From NCBI GenBank assembly GCA_022820545.1, contig JAJEFG010000108.1, forward strand, positions 4,122-68,121: DNA of 64,000 nucleotides. The letters run 5' to 3'. The number at the start of each line of letters is the position of its first letter. Positions within the stretch are counted from its first letter, which is position 1. Below, piece after piece: positions 46,844-56,076 of this stretch. The DNA comes from Acidobacteriota bacterium. Lineage in GTDB: Bacteria; Acidobacteriota; Vicinamibacteria; Marinacidobacterales; Marinacidobacteraceae. A model generated the notes under the pieces. That model was not told the DNA's origin. It made no database searches and saw nothing but the letters and a program-made list of their open reading frames with translations. The translations under genes and the position numbers were made by a program.

Positions 46844-49651
46844 GTGTCCAAAGTCGCGCCCGGCCACGCTCACAACATCTCGAAGCTGAACGTCATCTTC
46901 GCGGTCTCGAGCGTCTTCCTCCTGTTCTCGACGCTGTGGATGATCTGGTTCGATTACTCGCGCGAGTGGAAGGGGTTCCAGCGGCAGTTCGTCCAGATGG
47001 AACGCGACCTGACCGCGCGGCAGATCCAGGAAGCGCAGCAGGGGATCAACCAGGCGGACCTCCAGAGCGTGCAGGCGGAACTCCAGCAGGCCCAGACGGC
47101 CCTCGCCGCCGAGCAGGCCGTGCTCGAGGCGCTCGAAGCCGAGATCGCGGACCTCGACACCAGCCGGACGCTGGCGGACATCCGCGAGCGCGAGATCAAG
47201 GCGGTCTACGACTCCGACAAGTTCTATTACGAGGAGACCCGCGAGCGCGGGACGCCGCTCGGCAGGGCGGTGAGCGACGAGGAGTTCCAGGCGCTCGAGA
47301 CGAGCTTCTTCACGGCGCGGGACGCCCGGGTGGCCCTCGACTTCGAGTTGACCCAGAAGCGGGCCGAACTCCGCGAACAGCGCTCCAGCGTGACGGAGCT
47401 GACCGGGCGCATGGAAGAGCTGACCCAGGCGGTGACGCTCGCCCGCAACAAGCTCGACAGCCTGGCGCCCAGCTTCCCGAACACCTTCCGCAACCTTCCC
47501 GTCGTGGACTTCATCGATCCCTCGATCGAGGTCCGGCAGGTGCTGGTCCGGAACGTCACCGAGGAACTCAACTTCGCCCAGGTGCCGCGGATCGACCGCT
47601 GCCAGACCTGTCATCTCGCGATCGACAACCCCGACTACGCGGACGCGCCCCAGCCCTTCACCACGCACCCGGACCTGGACCTCTTCGTCAGCCGCGAGTC
47701 CAGCCATCCGGTGGACGACTTCGGCTGCACCTCCTGCCACCTCGGCCGGGGACGCAAGCTGAGTTTCAGCGGGGCCACCCACATGCCCGAGTCGGTCGAC
47801 GAAGAGCACGCGTGGATGGAGCAGTACGACTGGAAGGAAGACCACTACTGGGACAGCCCGATGTACCAGACCGACCTCACGGAGGCGGGCTGCATCAAGT
47901 GTCACCGCGACCAGGTCTTCATTCCCGGAGCCCGGAAGCTCAACCAGAGCCGGATGACCTATGAACTCGCCGGCTGCTGGGGGTGCCACAACACGGCCGG
48001 CTACGAGGACAAGCGGAACCGCGGGCCTTCGCTGAAGGCGATCGCCCACAAGACCGATCGCGACTTCGTGGCGCGCTGGATCCGGGACCCGAAGATGTTC
48101 CGGGAGTCCACCTGGATGCCGACGTTCTGGGATCTCGACAACAACCCGGACTCCGAACTCAGGGCCCGCAACGACACCGAGGTCGCGGCGATCGTGGAGT
48201 ACGTCTTCGAGAATTCCACGGACGACGCCGACTACGCCGCCCCGCCGCGCGGCAACGCGGCGCGGGGGGAGACGCTCGTCAACGAGATCGGCTGTCTCGG
48301 CTGCCACCTGGTGGACGAGAGCGGCTACGACCAGGCGAGCATCTATCGCCGCCGTGGCCCGGCGCTGGTCGGCACCGGCACCAAGCTCGACCCCGGTTTC
48401 GTCTATGAGTGGGTCAGGAATCCCCGGCACTACTGGGAAGAGACCTACATGCCGGACCTCCGGCTCACCGATCAGGAGGCCGCCGACATCACCGCCTGGC
48501 TCATGGGGCTCGAAGCGGCCGGTTTCGCCTCGATGGCGGTGCCGCAGCCGGACGCCGGCGAACTCGACGAACTGACTCGCGAGTTCCTGAGGACCAGCCT
48601 CCCGGATGCGATGGCCGCCGAGCGTCTCGCCGGGATGTCGGAGCAGGAGAAGCTGCTCTTTTCGGGTGAATGGCTGATTCGCCGGCACGGCTGCTTCGGC
48701 TGCCACGAGATCTCCGGCTTCGAGGAGGCCCAGAAGATCGGGGTGGACCTCTCCACCTGGGGGTCCAAGATGGTGACCCGCCTCGACTTCGGGTACATCG
48801 ACATCCCGCACACCCGCCAGGCCTGGCTGGAGCAGAAGCTCGCCGCGCCCCGGAGTTACGACCGCGGGAAGGTCAAGGCCCCGGCCGAGAAACTCCGCAT
48901 GCCGCAGTTCGGTTTCACCGACAGCGACCGGCGGCACATCGTGCGGAACGTGCTGGGCCTGGTGCGCGACGAGTTCCCCCAGGAGGGAACCAAGACGCTC
49001 TCCGCGGCCGAAGCGGTCGCCGAGCAGGCGCGCCACCTCATCCACAACTACAACTGCCGCGGCTGCCATCTCATCGACGGTGTCGGCGGCGGGATCTACG
49101 AGACGATCGAGGACACGGGAATGCGCCCGCCCGACCTGCATACCCAGGGAAGGCGGACCCAGGCCGACTGGCTCTACCACTTCCTCGAGGATCCGACGGA
49201 AGTGCGGTTCTGGCTGACCGCGCGGATGCCGAGCTTCAACTTCACCAACGAGGAAGCCAACACCCTGATCTCCGGGTTCCTGGCGATGGACGGCGGCCAG
49301 CCGTTCGACGACGAACAGGACCGGGTGTACGACCGGGCGGAACTCCGCGTTGGGGCGCAACTTCTCGACCAGCTCCAGTGCGAGCGCTGCCACATCGCGG
49401 CCGCCGCCGGCACCATGGAGGCGTCGCAGCTCGCGCCGTCCTTCCGCCTCGCGGGGGAACGCCTCACCCACGACTGGATCGTGGACTGGATGCTCGACCC
49501 GCAGTCGATCACCCCGGGCACGCAGATGCCGCAGTTCTGGCCGACCGATCAGCAGGGCAACCGGTTGACACCCCTGCCGGACATTCTGGACGGCGACCCG
49601 ATGGCGCAGATGCGCGCGGTGGCGTCGTACCTGATGAACTACGACCGCTGA
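46844..49651 (+). CDS. membrane-anchored octaheme c-type cytochrome (8 CxxCH)
   Basis: CxxCH motifs CQTCH, CTSCH, CIKCH, CWGCH, CLGCH, CFGCH, CRGCH, CERCH. N-terminal TM helix, then a Gln/Ala-rich coiled-coil segment. Directly downstream of the Rieske/cyt b genes. Confidence 0.8.
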   Translation: MSKVAPGHAHNISKLNVIFAVSSVFLLFSTLWMIWFDYSREWKGFQRQFVQMERDLTARQIQEAQQGINQADLQSVQAELQQAQTALAAEQAVLEALEAEIADLDTSRTLADIREREIKAVYDSDKFYYEETRERGTPLGRAVSDEEFQALETSFFTARDARVALDFELTQKRAELREQRSSVTELTGRMEELTQAVTLARNKLDSLAPSFPNTFRNLPVVDFIDPSIEVRQVLVRNVTEELNFAQVPRIDRCQTCHLAIDNPDYADAPQPFTTHPDLDLFVSRESSHPVDDFGCTSCHLGRGRKLSFSGATHMPESVDEEHAWMEQYDWKEDHYWDSPMYQTDLTEAGCIKCHRDQVFIPGARKLNQSRMTYELAGCWGCHNTAGYEDKRNRGPSLKAIAHKTDRDFVARWIRDPKMFRESTWMPTFWDLDNNPDSELRARNDTEVAAIVEYVFENSTDDADYAAPPRGNAARGETLVNEIGCLGCHLVDESGYDQASIYRRRGPALVGTGTKLDPGFVYEWVRNPRHYWEETYMPDLRLTDQEAADITAWLMGLEAAGFASMAVPQPDAGELDELTREFLRTSLPDAMAAERLAGMSEQEKLLFSGEWLIRRHGCFGCHEISGFEEAQKIGVDLSTWGSKMVTRLDFGYIDIPHTRQAWLEQKLAAPRSYDRGKVKAPAEKLRMPQFGFTDSDRRHIVRNVLGLVRDEFPQEGTKTLSAAEAVAEQARHLIHNYNCRGCHLIDGVGGGIYETIEDTGMRPPDLHTQGRRTQADWLYHFLEDPTEVRFWLTARMPSFNFTNEEANTLISGFLAMDGGQPFDDEQDRVYDRAELRVGAQLLDQLQCERCHIAAAAGTMEASQLAPSFRLAGERLTHDWIVDWMLDPQSITPGTQMPQFWPTDQQGNRLTPLPDILDGDPMAQMRAVASYLMNYDR

Positions 49652-49734
49652 TCCGTTGGGATCTCTGATCGAAGCCGCACCGGAACGCCCCTTCGGGCGG
49701 GCGTTCCGTCAGTAAACCCCAGGAGAAGCATCAG

Positions 49735-50604
49735 ATGGCCGATGAACCGAAGGGAAGCCGCGGAAGTCTCCAGGGGATCGCCATGGCGGTCGTCATCTGG
49801 GCGATCGTGGTGATCTCGTCGCTCTACTACGTTCGTTACGGAGTGCCCGAGCTGGCCTCCGATCGCGGTTATCTCGACAGCCTCTACTACGTGATCCTCG
49901 GGATCACCGGGGCTGCCTACATCCTCTACCAGCTCGCGCTCGGCTACGTCATCTACCGGTACCGCGGCGACCGGCCCGGCGCCGAGTCGAGCCACTGGCA
50001 CGAGAGCCACAAGCTCGAACTCACCTGGACCATCGGGACGGCGGCCATCCTCATCCCCATCGTCTTCACCGGCCTGATCTACTGGGACCGGGTCCGGGGG
50101 CCGGCGCCGGACGACGCGGTGACGGTGATGGCCGTCGGGGCGCAGTTCCAGTGGGACTTCCACTATCCGGGGGCGGACGGTGAGTTCGGCCGCTTCGACC
50201 CCACGCTCTACGCCATCGACAACCAGATCGGACTCGACGAGACCGATCCGGCGGCGGCGGACGACTGGGTGCTCACCAACCAGTTGGTGATCCCGGTGAA
50301 TCGTCCGACGCGCATCCTGATGCGGTCGAAGGATGTCCAGCACGCCATCTTCCTGCCCAACTTCCGGGTGAAGCAGGACCTGGTCCCGGGCATGACCACC
50401 GAGGTCTGGTTCACCCCGGTCAAGACCGGGAGTTACGAGGTGGCGTGCGCCGAGCTCTGCGGACTCGGCCACTACCGGATGCGCGCCTTCCTCGAGGTGA
50501 TGGAAGAGGCCGACTACCAGCAGTGGCTGAGCGACAACGCACCGGCCGCGGTGGCGGACGTGGCGGACCCGGCGGCGGAGGCCCCGCCCGCCTCGGCCGA
50601 GTAG
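49735..50604 (+). CDS. ctaC: cytochrome c oxidase subunit II (CuA)
   Basis: Two N-terminal TM helices and the CuA motif '...HAIFLPNFRVKQDLVPGMTTEVWFTPVKTGSYEVACAELCGLGHYRM'. Confidence 0.85.
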   Translation: MADEPKGSRGSLQGIAMAVVIWAIVVISSLYYVRYGVPELASDRGYLDSLYYVILGITGAAYILYQLALGYVIYRYRGDRPGAESSHWHESHKLELTWTIGTAAILIPIVFTGLIYWDRVRGPAPDDAVTVMAVGAQFQWDFHYPGADGEFGRFDPTLYAIDNQIGLDETDPAAADDWVLTNQLVIPVNRPTRILMRSKDVQHAIFLPNFRVKQDLVPGMTTEVWFTPVKTGSYEVACAELCGLGHYRMRAFLEVMEEADYQQWLSDNAPAAVADVADPAAEAPPASAE

Positions 50605-50664
50605 GCGGGCAGATCAGGAATCGAACCAGGAAGCGGATCCCCCCAAGAACTACGGAGTAACGCG

Positions 50665-52389
50665 ATGGAGCACGAAAAGCAAGGCTTCGTGAGCAGGTAC
50701 ATCTTCAGCTTCGATCACAAGATGATCGGCAAGCAGTACTTCACGCTCGCGATGAGCATGGGGTTCATCGGCGGGATCCTGGCGGTGCTGATCCGCCTCC
50801 AGCTCGGCTTCCCCTCGCAGCCGTTCCCCTTCCTCGAGAACCTGTTCCCGGTCGGCATGGCCAGCGGGATCATGACCCCCGAGTTCTACGTCTCGCTGTT
50901 CACCATGCACGGGACGATCATGGTGTTCTTCCTGCTCTCGCTGCTGCCCGTCAGCGGTTTCGGGAACTTCCTGATTCCGTTGCAGATCGGGGCGCGCGAC
51001 ATGGCGTTCCCGTTCCTGAACATGCTGTCCTTCTGGACGGTGGTCCCGGGGGCGATCATCATCATCATTTCCTTCTTCGTGGAGGGCGGCGCCGCCGCCT
51101 CCGGCTGGACGGCCTACCCGCCGCTCTCGGCGATCCGCAGCGCCATACCGGGCTCCGACCTGGGCCAGACCCTCTGGCTGGTCGGAATGATCTTCTTCGT
51201 GGCCTCCTTCACCATGGGCGGCCTCAACTTCGTGGTGACGATCCTGAACCTCAGAACGAAGGGGCTCCGGATGATGCGCATGCCGCTCACCACCTGGGCC
51301 CAGTTCATCGTCGGCATCCTGGGCCTGCTGTCCTTCCCGGCGCTGGCCGCGGGCGCGCTGCTGCTGACCTTCGACCGCTCCCTCGGAACCAGCTTCTTCC
51401 TGCCGGCGGGCATCTTCATCGGCGACACGCTGATGCCCCACGAGGGCGGCACCCCGCTGCTCTGGCAGCACCTCTTCTGGTTCCTCGGCCACCCCGAGGT
51501 CTACATCATCATGCTGCCGGCCATGGGGTTCACCTCGGACATCCTGGCCACCTTCTGCCGCCGGCCCATCTTCGGCTACCGCTCCATGGTCTACGCCATC
51601 TGGGCGATCGGCACGCTGAGCTTCCTGGTCTGGGGGCATCACATGTTCGTGAGCGGGATGAGCCCGTTCCTCGGCAGCCTCTTCGTGGTGACCACGCTCG
51701 CGATCGCCATCCCCTCGGCGGTCAAGGCGTTCAACTGGCTGTTCACGATCGCGCGGGCGAAGATCCATTTCACCAGCGCCTCCCTGTTCGGGCTGGGGGT
51801 GGTTTCGCTGTTCGTGACCGGCGGCCTGACCGGGATCTTCCTGGGCACGAACGCCACCGACATCCAGTTGCACGACACCTACTTCGTGGTCGGGCACTTC
51901 CACTTCATCATGGCGGGCGCCGGGCTCTTCGGCGCCTTCGGAGCGGTCTACTACTGGTATCCCAAGATGTTCGGCAGGATGCTGAGCGAGCGTCTCGGGA
52001 AGATCCACTTCTGGATCACCTTCGTCGCCTACTACGCGGTGTTCTTCCCGATGCACTACCTGGGCGTCTCCGGGATGATGCGCCGCATCTACGACCCGAA
52101 CGTCTACGAATACCTGCAGCCCCTGCAGCCGGTGAACCTGTTCATCACGATCTCGGCGTTCGTGCTGTTCGCCGGGCAGTTGCTCTTCATCTACAACTAC
52201 TTCGTGAGCATGCGCCGCGGCGCGCCGGCCACCGCGAACCCGTGGAACTCCGCGGGCCTCGAATGGTCCACGCCGGCCTATCCGGGACACGGAAACTGGG
52301 AAGGCGAGATTCCGCCGGCCCACCGCTGGCCCTACGACTACTCCGAGCCCGGCAAGAAGCGTGACTTCACGCCGCAGTGGGAGGCCTGA
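50665..52389 (+). CDS. ctaD: cytochrome c oxidase subunit I (haem-copper oxidase, A-type)
   Basis: 12-TM subunit I with conserved 'WFLGHPEVYIIMLPAMG', 'HHMFVSGM', 'GHFHFIMAGAGLF' motifs. Confidence 0.9.
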   Translation: MEHEKQGFVSRYIFSFDHKMIGKQYFTLAMSMGFIGGILAVLIRLQLGFPSQPFPFLENLFPVGMASGIMTPEFYVSLFTMHGTIMVFFLLSLLPVSGFGNFLIPLQIGARDMAFPFLNMLSFWTVVPGAIIIIISFFVEGGAAASGWTAYPPLSAIRSAIPGSDLGQTLWLVGMIFFVASFTMGGLNFVVTILNLRTKGLRMMRMPLTTWAQFIVGILGLLSFPALAAGALLLTFDRSLGTSFFLPAGIFIGDTLMPHEGGTPLLWQHLFWFLGHPEVYIIMLPAMGFTSDILATFCRRPIFGYRSMVYAIWAIGTLSFLVWGHHMFVSGMSPFLGSLFVVTTLAIAIPSAVKAFNWLFTIARAKIHFTSASLFGLGVVSLFVTGGLTGIFLGTNATDIQLHDTYFVVGHFHFIMAGAGLFGAFGAVYYWYPKMFGRMLSERLGKIHFWITFVAYYAVFFPMHYLGVSGMMRRIYDPNVYEYLQPLQPVNLFITISAFVLFAGQLLFIYNYFVSMRRGAPATANPWNSAGLEWSTPAYPGHGNWEGEIPPAHRWPYDYSEPGKKRDFTPQWEA

Positions 52390-52400
52390 GCCTTCTCAGG

Positions 52401-53018
52401 ATGCCGAAGGCAGGTTTCCCGATGAGTTCGACCGCCGCCGGAGTCGCCGCGCCCATCGACGCGGCGCGGACCCCCGCCGACCGCCGTCACATCAACCGCC
52501 TCGGCCTGTTCGTGGCCCTCGGCGGGATCACGATGCTGTTCGCGGCCTTCACGTCCGCCTACATCGTGCGGAGCGGGGGCGGGGACTGGGCGGCCCTCGA
52601 GCTGCCTCCGGTCCTCTGGATGAGCACGGCGCTGATCGCGGCCAGTTCCCTCACGCTCGAGCTGGCGCGACGGGCCTTCCGGCGCGGCAGCCTCCCGTCG
52701 TTCCGGTCGTGGAGCGCCGCGACCGCGGCGCTCGGCACCGGGTTCCTGGCGAGTCAGTACGCCGCCTGGCTATCGTTGAACGAGGCCGGCATCTACCTCC
52801 AGAGCCACCCGAAGAGTTCCTTCTTCTTCGTGCTGACCGGGGTCCACGCCGTCCATCTGCTCGCCGGCGTCCTGGCGCTGCTCGCGCTGTTCGGGCTGGC
52901 CGCCGCCGGCCGGCTCGTTCCGGGGCGTTCGGACGCGCCCACCCTGACCGCCATCTACTGGCATTTCGTAGGCGGCCTGTGGATCTATCTGCTGGCCGTA
53001 CTGTCTCTTCTCGGCTGA
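52401..53018 (+). CDS. ctaE: cytochrome c oxidase subunit III-family protein (copy 1)
   Basis: Five-TM subunit III-like; C-terminal 'AIYWHFVGGLWIYLLAV'. Start ATG at 52401 or 52422 (track ORF start 52377 overlaps ctaD). Confidence 0.7.
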   Translation: MPKAGFPMSSTAAGVAAPIDAARTPADRRHINRLGLFVALGGITMLFAAFTSAYIVRSGGGDWAALELPPVLWMSTALIAASSLTLELARRAFRRGSLPSFRSWSAATAALGTGFLASQYAAWLSLNEAGIYLQSHPKSSFFFVLTGVHAVHLLAGVLALLALFGLAAAGRLVPGRSDAPTLTAIYWHFVGGLWIYLLAVLSLLG

Positions 53019-53066
53019 TGTCTTCGCCAGGAAACGTGACGTGAGCCGACTGGGAGAGGAGGACGC

Positions 53067-53672
53067 ATGAGCCAGACCGCGATTGCCCAGGCGGACTGGG
53101 GGGGTGGTGCAAGCCCCTTCGGTGTGACCTGGCAAAAGATGATGATGTGGTTCTTCATCGTCACCGACGCGCTGCTGTTCGCGGGCCTGCTGGTCAGCTA
53201 CGGCGTGGTGCGGATTGCCACGGGGGACTGGCCGACGCAGAGCGAGGTCTTCAGCCTCACCTACATCGCGACGATGACGTTCGTGCTGATCACCTCATCG
53301 GCCACCATGGCGTGCGGGGTGAAGGCGGCCGAGCTCGGGCGCCCGAAGACCGCCGCCAAGTTCGTCTGGCTCACCATCCTCGGAGGCTTCATCTTCCTCG
53401 GGATGCAGGCCTTCGAGTGGTCCGTCTTCATCGGCGATGGCGGCGGAATCACCGGCAATCCGTGGGGCTCGCCCACCTTCAGCCAGTTCTTCTTCATCAT
53501 CACCGGCTTCCACGGGTTCCACGTCCTCACCGGCGTGATCGTGCTGCTGGTGGTGGCGGTCCGGGCCGCCATGGGCCGCTATTCCCCCGCCGGCGTCGAG
53601 AACGCCGGCCTCTACTGGCACTTCGTGGACCTCGTCTGGGTCTTCGTTTTCGCCCTCTTCTATCTGGTCTAG
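53067..53672 (+). CDS. cytochrome c oxidase subunit III-family protein (copy 2)
   Basis: '...FFIVTDALLFAGLL...FHGFHVLTGVIVL...LYWHFVDLVWVFVFALFY', subunit III signature; a second tandem paralog. Confidence 0.75.
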   Translation: MSQTAIAQADWGGGASPFGVTWQKMMMWFFIVTDALLFAGLLVSYGVVRIATGDWPTQSEVFSLTYIATMTFVLITSSATMACGVKAAELGRPKTAAKFVWLTILGGFIFLGMQAFEWSVFIGDGGGITGNPWGSPTFSQFFFIITGFHGFHVLTGVIVLLVVAVRAAMGRYSPAGVENAGLYWHFVDLVWVFVFALFYLV

Positions 53673-53682
53673 GAGAAGCCAA

Positions 53683-54000
53683 GTGTCAAGTGACGCCCAT
53701 CCCTACCGCTTCTACTGGCTCCTCTGGGTGGTGCTCCTCGCCGTCACCCTCCTCATGATCGCGATCGAAGGCGCGAACCTGCCCGCCGCGCTGGCCGTGG
53801 TGGTCCTGCTCTTCGGATCGGCGATCAAGGCGACCCTCATCATCTTCTACTACATGCACCTCAAGTTCGAGCACATGGGCCTGATCATGACGGTGCTGGT
53901 CGGCCTGTTCGTGACCGCGATCCTGATGTTCGTGCTCCCGGCCTACGACGGGGGCCACATCCTGGACTCGTTCCAGAACCTGAGGGAATATTCGGGCTGA
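53683..54000 (+). CDS. ctaF: cytochrome c oxidase subunit IV (prokaryotic caa3-type CtaF-like small subunit)
   Basis: 105 aa, 3 TM, 'YWLLWVVLLAVTLLMIA...ATLIIFYYMHLKFEH' typical of bacterial oxidase subunit IV; GTG start. Confidence 0.6.
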   Translation: MSSDAHPYRFYWLLWVVLLAVTLLMIAIEGANLPAALAVVVLLFGSAIKATLIIFYYMHLKFEHMGLIMTVLVGLFVTAILMFVLPAYDGGHILDSFQNLREYSG

Positions 54001-54005
54001 CCGCG

Positions 54006-54308
54006 ATGTCCCGTTCCGGCCTGCTCGTCCTGATCGCGGTGGCGGCGCTCCTGGCGCTGCTCCCCGGCGATGCGTCCGCCCAGTGTTCCATGTGCCGGAC
54101 CGCCCTCGAGCAGAACGAAGAGGTTGCCGCCAGCTTCAACAACGCGATCCTGTTCCTGCTGGCGATGCCGTACGCGGTCTTCGCCTCGGGGGCGGGCTAC
54201 GTGCTGCTCTCGCGCCGGCGACGCGCGCGCAGGTCCGTCGCCGTGATGGCTCCGAAAGTCCGCGCCGAACTGCTTGCCGCCGACGATCCGGTCACCGTCA
54301 CCTCCTGA
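54006..54308 (+). CDS. small signal-peptide/TM protein with CxxC (100 aa), hypothetical
   Basis: 'MSRSGLLVLIAVAALLALLPGDASAQCSMCRTALEQ...' then one TM helix and an Arg-rich segment. Starts 6 bp after the subunit IV gene. Confidence 0.4.
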   Translation: MSRSGLLVLIAVAALLALLPGDASAQCSMCRTALEQNEEVAASFNNAILFLLAMPYAVFASGAGYVLLSRRRRARRSVAVMAPKVRAELLAADDPVTVTS

Positions 54309-54311
54309 TCT

Positions 54312-54368
54312 TGGGAGCGCCGGTCTTCAGACCGGCACGCGGCCCGTTGCGCCGCAGAGAGCGTAGGG
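54312..54368 (+). repeat. REP-like two-hairpin intergenic repeat (family copy F, 'TAGGG-tail' subtype)
   Basis: gggagcgccggtcttcagaccggcacgcggcccgttgcgccgcagagagcgtaggg ; hairpin 1 is GCCGGTC-TTCA-GACCGGC. Confidence 0.6.
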
Positions 54369-54405
54369 ACGTTCCGCCGCATAGCGCGACGGTTCGGAGC
54401 GCCGG

Positions 54406-54470
54406 CCTCTGGCCGGCATCGCTCCCCACCGGGGAGCGAAACATGCCCTAATGTTCAACCCGGATGGCGG
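54406..54470 (+). repeat. REP-like two-hairpin repeat (family copy C), immediately upstream of the hydantoinase-like gene
   Basis: ggagcgccggcctctggccggcatcgctccccaccggggagcgaaacatgccc...caacccggatgg ; hairpin 2 is GCTCCCC-ACC-GGGGAGC followed by GAAAC. Confidence 0.7.
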
Positions 54471-54515
54471 GCAGCGCGTTGCTTCGGCGCCGGCCCCGCC
54501 GGCCAGGAGGACGCC

Positions 54516-55955
54516 ATGACCCGCCTGTTGAACCTCCCCACCCTCCTGTCGGCCGGCCTGCTGGCGGCCGGACCGTTCGCACCCGACGTGGCGGCGCAGG
54601 AGGTCCTCATCCGCGGGGGCACGGTGGTCACCTCGGAGGGGCGGTTCGACGCGGACGTGCGGGTGCGGGACGGGACCGTCGTCGAGATCGGGACCGGACT
54701 GGCCGCGGGGGACGGCGCCCGCGCGATCGACGCTGGCGGGCTGCTGGTCCTGCCGGGCGGGGTGGACCCGCACGTCCACCTGGGGGGAAGGCTCCGCGAC
54801 GACTACCGCACCGGGTCGCGGGCGGCGCTCGCGGGAGGCATCACCACCATCTCGAACTTCGCCTTCCCGGCCGAGGGGCGGACGCTCGCCCAGGCCATCG
54901 AGCGCGAGGCGGCGCTCATCCGCGAGCAGGCGATCGCGGACGTCATCCTGCACGCCGGCATCAACGACCCGGGAACCCAGGAGGGCCAGATGACCACCCT
55001 GGCCGCCGAGACCGGCCAGACCAGCACCAAGATCTTCATGGTGCGGAGCGGGTTCGACGCCGAGGTGTCCGGCTACCTGGCGACCATGGACGCGGCGGGG
55101 CGCGCCGGCATCCTGACCATGGTGCACTGCGAGGACGGCCCCATCCTCGCCCGCGCGGTGGCCGAGCTCACCGCCGCAGGACGCACCTCGCTCGAGTACT
55201 TCCCGGACAGCCGCCCGGTGGTCGGGGAAGTGGTGGCCACCCAGCGCGCGATCGCCATGTCCGAGGCCACCGGAGCGCCCATCTACGCGGTTCACGTCTC
55301 CTCCGAAGGCGCGCTGCGGGTGCTGCAGGAGGCCCGGGACCGCGGGCTCGGCGTCTTCGTCGAGACCCGGCCCATCTACCTCCACTTCACCCGGGCGCGC
55401 TTCGAGAGCCCGGACCGCGGGTTGTACGTCGGACAGCCGCCGCTGCGCGGGCAGCGCGACCAGGACGCCCTCTGGGCGGGCATCGCGAGCGGATCGGTGC
55501 ACGTGCTCGGCACCGACCACGTCGCGTATCTCCGCGAGGAGAAGCTGGACCCGTCGCAGACCATCGCGCGTCATCGGGCCGGCCTGAACAACCTCCAGGT
55601 GGTGCGGCCGATGCTCTGGTCCGAGGGCGTCGTCCAGGGGCGCATCTCCGAGGAGCGCTTCGTGGCGGTGACCTCGACGAACGCCGCCAAGCTCTTCGGC
55701 CTCTATCCCCGGAAGGGCACGGTCGCGGTGGGCTCCGACGCCGACCTCGTCCTCTGGGATCCGGACGAGACGCGCACCATCCGCGACGAGGACATGTTCT
55801 CCGGGACCGGCTTTTCGGTCTACTCGGGTTGGGAAGTCACCGGCTGGCCGGTGATGACGCTGCGCCGGGGAGAGGTCGTCTACGAGAACGGCGAGATCCT
55901 GGCCGGGGCGGGCAGCGGCGAACTGCTCCGCCGCGGGAGATGGCAGGCCCCGTAG
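54516..55955 (+). CDS. cyclic amidohydrolase (dihydropyrimidinase/D-hydantoinase-like, amidohydrolase superfamily) with N-terminal signal peptide
   Basis: 'LIRGGTVVTSEG...LLVLPGGVDPHVHLGG...' metal-binding HxH, '...MVHCEDG..', '...VHVSS..', '...GTDHV' motifs of the dihydropyrimidinase/hydantoinase family. N-terminus 'MTRLLNLPTLLSAGLLAAGPFAPDVAAQ'. Confidence 0.75.
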   Translation: MTRLLNLPTLLSAGLLAAGPFAPDVAAQEVLIRGGTVVTSEGRFDADVRVRDGTVVEIGTGLAAGDGARAIDAGGLLVLPGGVDPHVHLGGRLRDDYRTGSRAALAGGITTISNFAFPAEGRTLAQAIEREAALIREQAIADVILHAGINDPGTQEGQMTTLAAETGQTSTKIFMVRSGFDAEVSGYLATMDAAGRAGILTMVHCEDGPILARAVAELTAAGRTSLEYFPDSRPVVGEVVATQRAIAMSEATGAPIYAVHVSSEGALRVLQEARDRGLGVFVETRPIYLHFTRARFESPDRGLYVGQPPLRGQRDQDALWAGIASGSVHVLGTDHVAYLREEKLDPSQTIARHRAGLNNLQVVRPMLWSEGVVQGRISEERFVAVTSTNAAKLFGLYPRKGTVAVGSDADLVLWDPDETRTIRDEDMFSGTGFSVYSGWEVTGWPVMTLRRGEVVYENGEILAGAGSGELLRRGRWQAP

Positions 55956-55975
55956 GATCGCGGCGCCCCCGGCTC

Positions 55976-56047
55976 GGAGCGCCGGCCTCTGGCCGGCATC
56001 GCTCCCCATCGGGGAGCGAAACACGCCTGGTCGTTCAGCCCGGATGG
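55976..56047 (+). repeat. REP-like two-hairpin repeat (family copy D), immediately downstream of the hydantoinase-like gene; near-identical to copy C
   Basis: ggagcgccggcctctggccggcatcgctccccatcggggagcgaaacacgcc...cagcccggatgg, a direct repeat of copy C. Confidence 0.7.
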
Positions 56048-56076
56048 TTGAGCCCGGGTATCGCGGGCTCTCCGGA

